A stretch of DNA of 63,351 bases, filler included. It is 6 parts of 6 records of this genome, joined end to end, with 100 filler letters (N's around TTAATTAATTAA, not from the genome) between each part and the next. Parts side by side here need not be neighbours in the genome. Positions count along the whole stretch, not along the records: positions 9,169 to 20,832 come from SRR2962707_2484; positions 20,933 to 30,884 come from SRR2962707_2487; 4 more parts are not named here. One strand, written 5' to 3'. This document shows positions 9,191 to 21,205 of this stretch, piece by piece (the stretch's first letter is position 1; every line of letters begins with the position of its first letter). A program made the position numbers and the translations under genes. A model generated the notes under the pieces. That model did no database searches. It had not been told where the DNA came from and saw only the letters and a program-made list of their open reading frames with translations.

Positions 9191-12100
9191 AGTTTCGGGC
9201 ATTGCGGTCATTCGCCAAGCAAACACCTCCAGTTACGCATTCCCCAATGCATCACGTCAATTGCGAGACGCTCTGGTCGTCCTCGGCAACATGTATGAGC
9301 ATGTGAATGTCGCACTCAATGGCCATTTGCGCACTAGGGGGGCGCTTCCGTCATTACAGTCTGAACAATTCGCGACTCTCCGCCATATCTCGGCGAAACT
9401 GCGTTTGTTGATTCAGAATGTTTCGATTTGGGAGGCAAGCTCAAAAACCCCAAGTTCGAATCCCAAGTCACGAGTGCTAAGCACAGGCGGACAACTCCTT
9501 CTTGCTCCAGAACGAGCGAAGCTCGGATCCCCCACAAGCGCTGACGTTGTCAGCGCCAACCGGTCAGCGGAGAGCTCGCAGCCGACCCTTCTCCAGTTGC
9601 GCATTGGCCCGCTGTGCCGTGCACTGTCGGAATTGTATCAGGACTTGAAGGAACTCCGCGATTTCCCTATCACAGTGTCTTCCACCACTGAGACAACTGC
9701 AGCAACCGAAAATACGCAAGGGAACGTTGCTGAAACGAAACCGCCAGCCGATCAATCGCTCGGACGCTACGGGGGTCGTTTGGTTTTGACGCTGACGCAA
9801 AAGCTTGGGTGTAAAGTAGTGCACGGGACGAAGGATCGACACTCAATTCAACCCTTATTTGGTGGAGTTCTTGAGGCACGTTTGCTGCGACAAGTTGTCA
9901 CCTTCACGTTGGACCATCTGCGCAACTTACAAGATGCCCGCGCACCTGACCTGGATCGTCAAGCCTTGGTGTTGCGGTGGAGGTCTGATGGGCCGTTATT
10001 GTTACCGTCGGACTCTATCTGCCTGTTTGAACACAGCGTAAAAATTGATTCAGCCAATGACACGCTTGTGAATATTGTCTGGAATCAGACCGTTGCGTGG
10101 CAAGGACTGGCGAGGATATCCCCTGTCGATTTTGATTCCATTGCATTTACGTGTGCATCCCGAGCTGCGCCTCAAGCAAGCCGCCTTTGGCTTGCTGGCA
10201 GTAGCAGCGCGTTGTTCGTGAGACACATTGAGCTCGGTTGGCCGGGGACTTTTGCGGTTCAATATCAACGGCGCCAAAAGAGCGCGGACAAATCAGCGTG
10301 TCAATGGCAAGATGACCCGGGGCCGAATGACGTCCTAGGTCAACATATTTTCAGTTTGAGTGGAAGGCGTTGTACAGCTGAAGATGCCGGCTTGCGAGTC
10401 ATTCAACAATGCCAAAGCAAATCAGCCACAGGAGTGAGTGGAGCGCTGCATTTACATTGGGAAAACAAAAAGCGGAGGCCTGTGAATGGCACTGACATTC
10501 TGTGTCTGTGGAAAAATGAGTCAAGCTCGTTCGAACTAGGACTGCCATCGCTCACAGGTGGTGTTGCAGTCAGTCGCGCAAGGGGCAATTTGACGCTTGA
10601 TCTGCCATCACCGCTGATCCATGGAAACATTTCTGCAGGCGATCAGTTATTGCTGCGGCTTGTGAACTTTCGCGTATACTTGCCAAACATCAACATGTGT
10701 GCATCGATCTCGCATCGTGACACCGTGTGGGCGGAACATCAGCTCATATACTGCCCTAGTATCAGTGCCAAGATTGTTTGCGAAGTGCAGAGTCACAAGC
10801 CACGGCCACACATCGATTGGGATATTCCTGAACGTCTGTTGCTGAGTTCTCAGCTCACCATGTGTGTGTTTCACTCAACGGTGTCGCATCCACATCGTTT
10901 TGTATCGGGGGTGCAAGCGCCTGTGTCAGGCCTGTCGCAGGGAAGCATTGGTTCTGGCTTAGGGCAAATTCTTAGCGGGGGTCTCGGGCCTGGACTTGTG
11001 GTGCGACTTGAGCAATCATTTGGAACTTTTGACTGGAGAAACACCTACCGCCAATGCAATCCTGATGCAAGTCTTGGCAAGTGGGGGCCAGGGACTTTGT
11101 GGGAAGAACAAGTGCAACCATGCATTGCCTCCATGCACGTGTCGTTGCAGTTGCGGCTCTTTGCTACTGATTTAGCACATCCCTATCGCTTGCATTGGAA
11201 ATTGAATGCGGAAGCTAGAAGAGCTTCAACGCCGTTCGATTTGATATGCGTTTGGTTGACCGATGCGGATGGTTTGTTCCTCCGCTATGAGAATGCGTTT
11301 GTTGCATCAGAGTATGCAACAGGCATTCCCCTGTCGCCGTGGCAATTTCCAGCTGCAGTCAGCATTGTCAACAATGCATCCAGGACCCTCGCGCCGCGGT
11401 TGGTCGCCAGGTTTGAACATCGTGATTCACGTGCTCAAGGGGGCTGCAGATTCAGCTCCTCACATTGGGGACAAATCGATATTTCGGAGATTCTTTTCTT
11501 GAGGTCACAGCTCCACAGCGGCCATGCCCCGGTTTCTATCGCTGTTGAAGTGTCGTTCAACGGTCAAGACTTTCACGGTGAAACCGGTGGAGGTCGCGTC
11601 ACTTATTTTGATCCCTGGCAATGGAACCTGCCTTCGGAGTCTTCGTTCAATGTATCCGTCTCGGTCGCTCCAAGTTTTAGTTTTAAAGATGGGGGGACGC
11701 TGATTGTCGTCGATGGAATTCCATTCGCGCCCCTGAGGCGCCCAACTTGCTTGTTTAACGCAACGGCAACATTTGGCTTTGTGCAACGGGGCCGGCTTAT
11801 TGGCGCTCCAAGTCCGATTTCCTCCATGCGGTACTTTTTGCAGCCTCCGCGGCTAATTTGCATAGCGCCGGCTCTCCCCGTAGGACCACATCAGTTTTCC
11901 GTGCTGCTCGACGAAGTCGAGATCGACACCTTTGTGTCCACTTCATCGTTTGGGTCCCACAGTCAGGGGCCATTTTTTGTGCATGTGAGTGAGCCCTGCC
12001 AGGTATCTGGAGTCACACCGTTTGTCGTCTCCTGCGGCCAAAAATTCACCATGTTGCTAAATTGCTCAATTCCTGTTCACACTCCTGTCGAAGCGGTCCT

Positions 12101-15100
12101 TGGATCTGGCTCATCGAAGTCCAGCGTTCATTGCTTGGCCGCGTTGCCTCCAAGCCGAGATTCACCCGGCTCGCTACAACTCTTGGGACACCATGGGCAA
12201 TCCGCTGTGACTTGCACCGTCCCAGACCACGTTCGATTTGGATGGAAATCTTTAGCGCTGCGAATCGGAGGGATTGCTCTTCCCGCAGCAGGACTGGGTT
12301 TGCTGGTCATTCCAGAGCCCAAGGTTTTTGGTGCATTCCCAAGTCGCGGCGGGTTTTCTGCCCCGCAGCGCATCCTCACGGCACTTGTTTTTTTCTCGTC
12401 GCCTTTACCTGCAGCTGGGCCTGTTGAAGGTGGGACAGTTGTAACTGTGCACGGTGTAAACATTGGCGGAGGTTCGGGATATCGATGCCGCTTTGGTGGC
12501 AAACAGGTTGAAGCCACCTTTTTCTTCGAGGGTGGGATCCCAGCAATGTCGCACAAGTCACCGAAGTGGCTACTTGGAGGCAGCGAACTTGACAATTATG
12601 GCCAAGGCGGGGGTGGTGGCCGTCATGGAGTGATTCGCTGCGTGGCTCCCCCTGCGGAGCAAATGGTGGCATCAACTGTGGAATTTGCTGTGAGTTTGAA
12701 CTCTGGAGCGGACTTCGTTTCGTGCAACTCCTGCATTTCTGAATTTACCTACTTCGCATCCAAGCCAGCTGTACCTGCGTCTCCACCGAATTTTGAACCA
12801 AATTTTGTTTCGAGCTTGACCGGGGGATCAGTGGAAGTATCTGTTGTACAATCGCTGTTCGTCACTTTCCTGAGCGCGGAGCGTGGCTCTTCGCTCGGCG
12901 AGGGCAGGATGCTGCAACACATCGCGGAAACAAAGTGCATGTTTGCACCAGTTTTGGGTTCTGCAGACATACCCCCATATGTTGCGGATGGCGTATTCGA
13001 CGCCCAGCGTGACACAGTGCAGTGCATCTGCCCTCCCAAAAGTTCGTTCCAGACAGGCAACATGTCATCCAACCTTCGTCTGGAAGCACTCACTTTCAGC
13101 TTGCACTACGTGCGTAGCGATGGTGGTCTTCGCCGTTACGCTGATGTTGGGACGATCAAATATTTTGAACCTTCAACTGCGATTCCATCGCTTGCTGTTC
13201 CGCATAGATTGAAGTCTCGCACTCCGCAGATTCGTTCAGGATTTGTACAAGTGTGGCCTTTGTCGGGCCCGATTGCAGGAGGCGTGCCTGTCCTCGTGGT
13301 CTTTGAGAGTCGTGTGGCAGCCGTATTGTCAGTTCAATGCAGCTTTGGAGATTTCTTGGTTGATGCCGATATGGGCGCTGACGGCACAGCGAAGTGTGTG
13401 ACACCGGCATTTTCGGCGATTGCGGCTCAATTCAATTCGTCAGAGCGACCCTACGTTGATGCCGTGCGTTTCTTGGTGTACGCCACAATCGATAAAAGGC
13501 GAGAGTCATTTGGGGAATTTAATTTTGTGTATGTCGACGAGCCTGTGCTGATCTCCATAACACCAATGTTTGGACCTGCACGCGGCGGGGCTCATGTTGC
13601 AATTCGTTTATTGAATGTATCAAGCCAGTGCAGAGACATATTTGTCGCTTTTTCATCGTCTGCAGATACATCAAAACTGTCCTTTGATGATGGTGCCGGG
13701 CGTCAAGCCATTGGTTCAGTTTTCACCCTTGGGTTGATTGACACTACGAATGGAATGGTGATGGCACGGACGCCAGCGCTGCCATCGGGCGCGTACTCTG
13801 TCGCAATGTCTGTTGACGGAGGTCGATCGTTCCATCTTGTCGCGGGACGCTTTCTCGTCATGCATGATTCTCGACTTGCGGTGACACAAGAGGAGTTAAA
13901 CCAAGGGACCGAACCAGTAACTCGTTTGGTCTATAATCCGTTCTCGATTCGTAGCGACACCCGGCAAGAGGCAATCCAAGCAGTAGTGATCCATGCGCCA
14001 CTGTTGTGGTCATCACCGCAGCAAATGCATCGATCAACAGCCCAAAACATAAAGCCATACGTTTGGCAACTAAACGTTCCTTATAGTGACATACATCGAT
14101 TAGTCTCCGAGCCCGTCATGGGAGAAAGGTGGAATGACTCAAGTTTGGTTCCACATTACGGGCTTTTAGTTTCGATGGTTGAGGTAACGTATTCCGACCG
14201 CGTTCCAAAAGTTGACTCTGCAAGCATGCACGTGCGTGAAGACTTTCGCATTTGCGATGACAATGATGGCACGGGTTGGACATTTCAAGGACTTCGACGG
14301 CGCGAAGAGGAGCTTCTTGATCCCGCGGCCATGGTTATCGACTGGCAGATGCTTGCACCGTGGGAAATGTCTTCAGCAATTGCTGTGTGGGCCTCATCCA
14401 AACCACGTGTTGCCGTATTACTTGCAACTGACCCCATCGTTTCACTCTGGTCTGTTGGTGAAGGACCACTGTCATCCGGTGACGGGATGTCAAATGAAGT
14501 TGCCTGGACAGCAAATGGCACCTTCGATTCCTTCGGAGCAGCGCTCGTAGTTGATGTCCCGAATTTTCCCGGAAGAAACGTGACCAGAACTGAACATTCC
14601 ACACTGATGTTCATTGCAGTGTCACTAAACGGGGGGTTGTCGTATTCTGAGTGCTACGGAAGTGTGTGTGCATTTGCGTTTGACGATAGGTTCGACAAAC
14701 AATTCTCGGTCGAGCATGTAATTTTTCGCATTTCACCAGCAGCGTTAACTTTGGTGAATCAAACACTGGCTTTTAACTTAGTCAGCCGCTGGTTTACTGA
14801 CCAGCGAATTGCGTTTGACGTTGCAGCTGCACTTGGCATTGCACGGGACCGAGTTATGGTTTCCAAGTTGGATGCTAATACTGGTGTCGTTCAAGTGGAC
14901 TTGCTTGCGTCAAGGCTGCCGGCTGACCCGGCCCCTGCCGATCTCGCTGATACATTAAGGTCCCAGATTTCTGACACGACAAGTCCGCTTTATAGCGGAA
15001 TAACAACTTGGGCGACCGACCCATTGTTTGTTGTTGGAGGCCACCTTATGTTTGAGAATGGGAAGATGTATCGCCGTGGACTGTGCAGTCAACCGGATAT

Positions 15101-18100
15101 TTTGACCGAACACGCATGTCTAAGCCACGGCACATGCCGTTGTACGGGAATTCATACTCGCGAAAAATGCCTTGCAAGCAAAGATGCTGGAAACTACCCG
15201 TGTTCTTGGACATCTTTTATGGCGTGGAACTCAAGTGCCAAGGTGCGCTGTGTCCGTCTGCTTGTTTGTCCAATGTAATTTGCGCTTGTGGCACTGACAC
15301 AACTTTTGCGTTTGCGCACTTGCCTATGTAGACCCGGATCCACTTCGCACACTGCTCTGACCCTGCATTTATTTCAGAGGCGGATTGTGAGAGGGAAGGC
15401 TTTTGCTCGAACCGCTCCTTTCAAACAAGGCCTTCATGTCTGGAGGACGGTTATTGTACACCGTACAGCGACATATTGACGCGGCGGGAATGTGAGGCTA
15501 TCAATGAGCCGAAGCGGTCAAGCTTGGGCGAATGTGTTCCCTTTGCTACTGGGAGCGGCGTCCATGGTCAACTTGCGCGACCGTCACCCTGCCATCAGTT
15601 TCGAAACAAGGTTCAGTGCGAAAAATCCGAGGAGTTGTTGGCAGATATGTGTGGATTGTGCAGCAGCACGGATTTCGCCTCTCGTGCAGACGGATTTCCT
15701 TTTGACCAGTTTGCAACGAAATCATTGTGCGAGAATCCAAGCAAGCGAACACTATCACATGTGCGCCTTGGGTCATTTTCGTGTCCAGTTGCCGTCAACA
15801 AGAATCCTTGTTTTCCATTGCAAGGCATCGCCTATCCCCGTGGGTTCGACTGTTCGATGTTTTCAAGCAAAAAACTATGCACAACTCCATCTACTCGACC
15901 TAAAAACGTGTGTTTGATGTATCCAAGCAATGTATCCATGGCGGTTAGCGACGGGTATTGTCCGCCAGATCATTCGCGAAAAAATCATAGCAACTATTGG
16001 AGGCCGTGGGTGTTTCATGATAACGGCGAGTACTACCCAGATCTTCGTTTCCCCATGGAAAGACACGGTGTCGAAACGCATGTTCAAGGCCCCCCGTGCC
16101 TGTGGTCCCCACAACATAAGTCAACGCACTCCCCAACAATTCTGCTTCCTGACGAACGAACAACAAGTTGCCTGGGCCCACCTGGAGACTGGAAAGTTTT
16201 CGAAAAACGTGCAGCTCCAAAAGGACGTCAGTGTCACAGTCTGCCAGTCGTGAAGTGTGCCTGGAATGACACAAAATCAACAGATTCAGAAAATGCGACA
16301 TGGGTTTCGAAGAATGTGTGGAACCCCCGTAATTCGTGGCAGTCGGATCCGACGAAGGCATCGAGCTCAAGATTTTCATGTCCATGCCACTGGCAATCAA
16401 AACTGTGGCATCTTACAAAATGCAATTGGCGATCGTGTGGGCCCAGTCCACAGTCAGCCGGCGGCGTGTCTGTGCTCGAGATGCCGCGCCTTAAAGGACC
16501 GGATGACTGGGTTAGCGATTATCAAGCTTTTGTTGTTGTTGGAGGACTAAAAATGTGGATGACATTGGACACCGCGGTTGCCACAACGTGGGTTATTAGC
16601 AAAATCTGTTTCATGCAAAACTGTATCGAGGACCGTTTATTTGTTGGTGCTTTCATTCCTTCCATTCCTCCAAGCTTCGTCGTTCTCGATCTTTTCGAAC
16701 GAGGGCTGCTTCAACTTGGCGCAATATTTGGTTTGCTTGGGCACACTTATGTCAACCTCGCGGGCAGCCACGTTATTGGATGCCCTATTGCAATGGGCAT
16801 TCTTGATCTCGGCCAAATTGTTGGGCCGGATGGATTCAATCACACGGGATCGATAGGCCTTGGTTTTTGGGAGGACAACTTGCCGAATTGGATTATGTTT
16901 ATGGACCCTGCGCTATCACTGATCACATTCCTGAAATGTGGGAACATTTTCTATCCGATCCCCGGCGTGCCGGTGCCTGTCCCTAAATCTTTCCAACTTT
17001 GGGGCTTGCCATGGTTCTTCCCGGGTGGGTTGATTTTTAAGTTTTCGTTTTTTTTCGGTGATTTGGGGGGCTGCTTCTTTTTGAAAGGTTCCGTGAACTA
17101 CATGTCGAACAGCCCGACCAAATGGGTGTTCGCGATTCCTATTGCAATCAAGCTGCTGGCACCATCTTGGCTGTTTATTCTGTCCGATGTGCGGGTCCGA
17201 GGGCAAAGTATCCATCCGTGCATGTTGGGCATATGCAAAGCTACAATCCACACCGGTCAATTCTCTATTGCAGGGCCTTTGGAGCCTATGCTGTTGCTGC
17301 TGGAGGAGGTAGCTGTTGCGAAAACGTGCGAAGGTGTTGAGACCTTGCCAGATATCACATGGGTCATTATGGGGAGCCATTACACGATGAACCGTGCGCA
17401 GTATGTCGTCGAGTCAGAAGCATACGGAGAAAAGGAATGTCTTACAGCCTTTACGCCAGAATTTCAGATGATCCCGGGGTTCGATATCTACACATTCGGT
17501 GACGTTTGGATTCATGCCTTTTACACAATATTCGAAGTCGTGCCCCTGAAACGCGTTGGTTTTGCAGTATCGGATCAGCGCTACTACGAGAAGAATGGCT
17601 GCGTTTCGGGGAATGGCCAGGGTCCTGCCACTGACGCTAAAAGTATGGAGCAGGGAGTGTCTGATTGGCAAGACGGCCAGAAAGACGATGAGCTGCAACG
17701 CCGGCTGGATGCTTATGAGAAAGACATTGGGTGGAAACGGTATCAGAACTGGATGGCCGATTTAGCAGGAATGGCAGACAACAGTGAAAACGATAAGCTC
17801 TGCACTGAGCTTGGCGCGCCGTACTGCAAGTGCAGCAGTGGGTTTCGTTTCAAAGAAGGCTCTTGCATCAAGGCGCATCATTCCAGCGAACTTGAAAGGC
17901 TTAAATTGTCGCAAGTTGGGCCGGCCCAGGACGGCTCCACAGGACGATTGGACGACTTTGATGCTGTTGACCAGGAGACTGTGCCTCCTTCATTTGGAGA
18001 CGCTGCCTTCGGCGTCTTCAGCGCCCGCCAACGATTTGATGGGGATGGAACCAGCGCCGCAACACGCTTCTGGGCTGGTTCTGGTGGCTCGGGATTTTCT

Positions 18101-19399
18101 GATAGTTCCTCTCCACAAGGGCTACTTCAAGGCTCAACAATTTTTATCGAAGAGGAAAACGTGGAGGCCCACGTTTCGCCTTCCACCACGCGTTTGCTTC
18201 CTGCTGGCAGTCCGCCTGATTTGGAATTTGAGCAGCGAAAGCGACTCGCTCGCAAGGAACGCGGCGCTGCGGAGAAGTTGGCTCTGAAAGATCGCATTGT
18301 GAGGCACGTTGAGCCCGGTATCACAGAGCAGATGCGTTTTGCAGAACTCGGTGCGTCGCGTGCCAATACTGCCACCCATGACAGTCGAACGCATTCAAGC
18401 GCTGGAACAACAAGCGGTGCTGCAGCAGGTGTCCAGCTCACAACTGAACTGGTGACCAGCAGAACTCAACTGCACGAGTTGTATCGCAATGCAAGCATGG
18501 TACTTTCAAGTTGGGCGCCGCATCTCAACGTCTCGGAAGAACAGCTGAAAGGGTGGTGGCGCGGTGAAAGCGAAGAGTTTATCCGATATCAACGCGCGAA
18601 AGCGCAGCACGATTATGACACCAACATTCAGAAAGCGCGCCTCTTGGCCCACTCGTTCAAGGTAAAGAGTATTTTGAACAAAAGGCTTCTTCGCAAAGTG
18701 GCAGCGCAGATGACTGCCACCGAAGATGCTGCAGAGACTGCCTACAAGTATGCTGTGGAGAACGTCGAAGGCCCTATTCATGCTGAAGTAGTCAACCCGC
18801 AGCCTGCCCTGGACACTCCTGTCGTGTCTGCAGAGAAATCAAATTCAGGCGATAGCGATGACTCAAGGACAATACCAAGAACACGAGCTAACGTACGTGC
18901 CCTGGCGGAAGATCACCCAGCTGGCACAGTTCGGGGTGACCCAAAACAACTGGAGCCAGACACGACCAACCACGACGAGCGTCGCAACGTCAAGAATGCA
19001 AAACACAGTCCTGTTCCGCGCCTGACGAATCCTGCAACTCAAGCAGACCACTCGTCATCATCGACGAGCAGCGACGTCGATCGGCACGACCCTGCACACG
19101 ATATTGTAATTCGGCGTGATCCTCTTTCCGGCGAATGGCAGGCTGTTGTTGCTCGCGGGTCCGATGAGCCTCCGGTGGTGAGTGTCCAGGACAGCGAATT
19201 ACAGATGCGGACAGAGCTGCGAGAAGGTGATGATGGTGAAGAAGCAACGACTCCTTTGCTTCGGTCATCGCCACGAAAGAGACGCAAACATCAAAATGGG
19301 AATGATCAAGACAGCAGCGACGGCCGCCATTTGGCGGATAAGGTCGAAGACGTTTACGCCAACCTGGAGCAGCTGCACCGTGCTTTCTCGCAGTTTTGA
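9171..19399 (+). CDS. giant eukaryotic protein (5' truncated, >3,300 aa): IPT/TIG domains, Cys-rich repeats, pepsin-like (A1) domain with non-canonical catalytic motifs, low-complexity tail; intron 15243-15331
   Basis: Frame is open from the contig start. IPT motifs GPVEGGTVVTVHG, PLSGPIAGGVPV, TPMFGPARGGAHV, VEVSFNGQDF, AVSLNSGADF. Removing AG|GTGCGC...CACTGAC...ATGTAG| (89 nt, phase 0) joins ORF 9261-15278 in frame to ORF 15476-19399, with the same Cys repeat on both sides. Confidence 0.78.
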
Positions 19400-19661
19400 G
19401 CAGAGACGAATAGAACCAATTCGCGCACCACGTGCCAACGCGAGTGTGCTGTACAGGTACAGGTTCAATGGGTAGCCATATATTTATAACAAACAAACTC
19501 AAAATTAAAAATAACTGCTTCACAGCACACGTCGTCGGCGACAGCGCCAAAGCGAAGGCCATTGCGACTGTCGCGAACTGAAAAGCAAAAGCAAAGACCA
19601 GCAGGCAGGCAGACACGCAGGAAGGCATGCACGCCGAGACATGCGCCGGAGCTGCGAGTTG

Positions 19662-20558
19662 CTAGCTGTGCCTCAAATACAGACTGCCAGCATCACGACC
19701 CGAATGCGCGCCACTCTCGTTAAAAAATACAAAGTATGCAAGAAAAGTGGCGATTGCCATGAGAACAATGGCGAGCAACACGAGAAGGAGTCGATCTCCC
19801 GCCATCCTGCACCACATTCGTCTCAAAGCTTGTGAAGTGGAAGAAAGAAGACTTTTTGTCGTGTTTGCACGCGCGGCTGCATCCCGGAGAGTTTTGCCCT
19901 GCATGTCCATTCGTTGGAGGCTGTCAAGTCCCAATTCCTGAGTTTCCCCAAGAGCGCGTTGGACCTCCGCGAGGACTTGAGCGGATTGGTCCAAAATGCG
20001 CTCATTGCTGGAAATGATTTGGTCGGCTGTGGCAGAGAGCATTCCCCGGCGCCTCTCCGAACTGCGATGCCTGCCCAGCGCCGACGAGGAGGAAGCAGTC
20101 GTGGACGAAGCCGTACTTCCGTCTGTGGTTCGATTATGTGTTGTTCCGGCGAGGAGCCGCTTTTGTGCTTCAAAGGCGCGGCGCGAAAGTGCCTTGAGTT
20201 GCTGCGAAATGGCTCGCTCCGCTTGTCGAGCAGAGCTCTGGCTCATCCCCCCGCGTCGTAGTCCCGGAGTAGCGGTAGTAGGATTGGTTGTCGCTGTTGT
20301 TGTTGCCACAGCAGGAGTAGCAGTCGTCGCGGTGGAGCGCAGGGCTTGGAGTGCCTTCCTTGCTCGAGATACCAAGTCGTTTGCTCCCAGGCCGGACCCA
20401 AGCGGCCGTGTGTTCACATTGCGTAATTCCGAGAGCACCGCGTCGCACTCTTCACTGACACTACTAAACGCCTGTGGGATGGGAGGTTCGTGTGCGAGCA
20501 AGGGGGCCTGCTCATCGCTCGCTGTCTGCGCTCCGCCACGCCAAAAAGAGAACGACAT
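19662..20558 (-). CDS. tail-anchored Q-SNARE protein (Vti1/membrin/NPSN-like); start uncertain
   Basis: SNARE heptads LDQSAQVLAEVQRALGETQELGLDSLQRMDMQGKTLRDA...SQALRRMWCRM followed by the C-terminal TM LLLVLLAIVLMAIATFLAYFVFF. Confidence 0.8.
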   Translation of the reverse strand: MSFSFWRGGAQTASDEQAPLLAHEPPIPQAFSSVSEECDAVLSELRNVNTRPLGSGLGANDLVSRARKALQALRSTATTATPAVATTTATTNPTTATPGLRRGGMSQSSARQAERAISQQLKALSRRAFEAQKRLLAGTTHNRTTDGSTASSTTASSSSALGRHRSSERRRGMLSATADQIISSNERILDQSAQVLAEVQRALGETQELGLDSLQRMDMQGKTLRDAAARANTTKSLLSSTSQALRRMWCRMAGDRLLLVLLAIVLMAIATFLAYFVFFNESGAHSGRDAGSLYLRHS

Positions 20559-20794
20559 ATTTATCCGAGCACCCTCACTCTCCACAGGCAGGTAGGTAGG
20601 CAGACAGGCAGCAGTGATGCATTCGAGGAAGTCGTAGCAGACATGCACATCTCCCTCACAACACCCAGCAAGCGGGCCAACAGCACCGCATTCGGATTGA
20701 GCACTTGTCGCGACAAGAAGGGAAAAAAAAAAGTATTGCAAAGCCACTGTGTGTGATCTGTTTGTTGGTGGTGCTTTGAGTGTATGCATGTAAT

Positions 20795-20832
20795 GTGTAT
20801 GTATGTATGTATGTAAGTATGTATGTATGTAT
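20795..20832. repeat. (TATG)n microsatellite at contig end
   Basis: gtatgtatgtatgtatgtaagtatgtatgtatgtat. Confidence 0.9.
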
Positions 20833-20932
20833 NNNNNNNNNNNNNNNNNNNNNNNNNNNNNNNNNNNNNNNNNNNNTTAATTAATTAANNNNNNNNNNNN
20901 NNNNNNNNNNNNNNNNNNNNNNNNNNNNNNNN
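20833..20932. other. artificial contig spacer
   Basis: N44-TTAATTAATTAA-N44. Confidence 0.99.
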
Positions 20933-20956
20933 TCTCTCTCTCTCTCTCTCTCTCTC
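20933..20956. repeat. (TC)n microsatellite at contig start
   Basis: tctctctctc run. Confidence 0.9.
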
Positions 20957-21205
20957 TTTCCCGACCTTCGAAGAACGAACGAGGCTCGTGTTGCATTTCT
21001 TCTTCTTTTGTTTCTCTCTCCTTTTCTGTTGCCCCTGCTGCTGCTGCTGCTGCAATTATTGATCCACTTCCACGAGTTGGAATCGGCTTGAATTGGAAGG
21101 GGCAACCAGACTTAGTGTTGTTCTCGCTGACTTTTCCAGCTTTTGTGGGAGGACCCCCGCCTCTGCAAACTCTAGTTCATACTCAGGACCCAAAGTTGAG
21201 GCGAG

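Noticed and set aside
20559-20789. Cys-rich, signal-like N-terminal extension on the SNARE ORF
   Set aside because: Begins next to a microsatellite and includes a polypyrimidine/AG tract that looks like intron or UTR; cannot be supported as part of the SNARE
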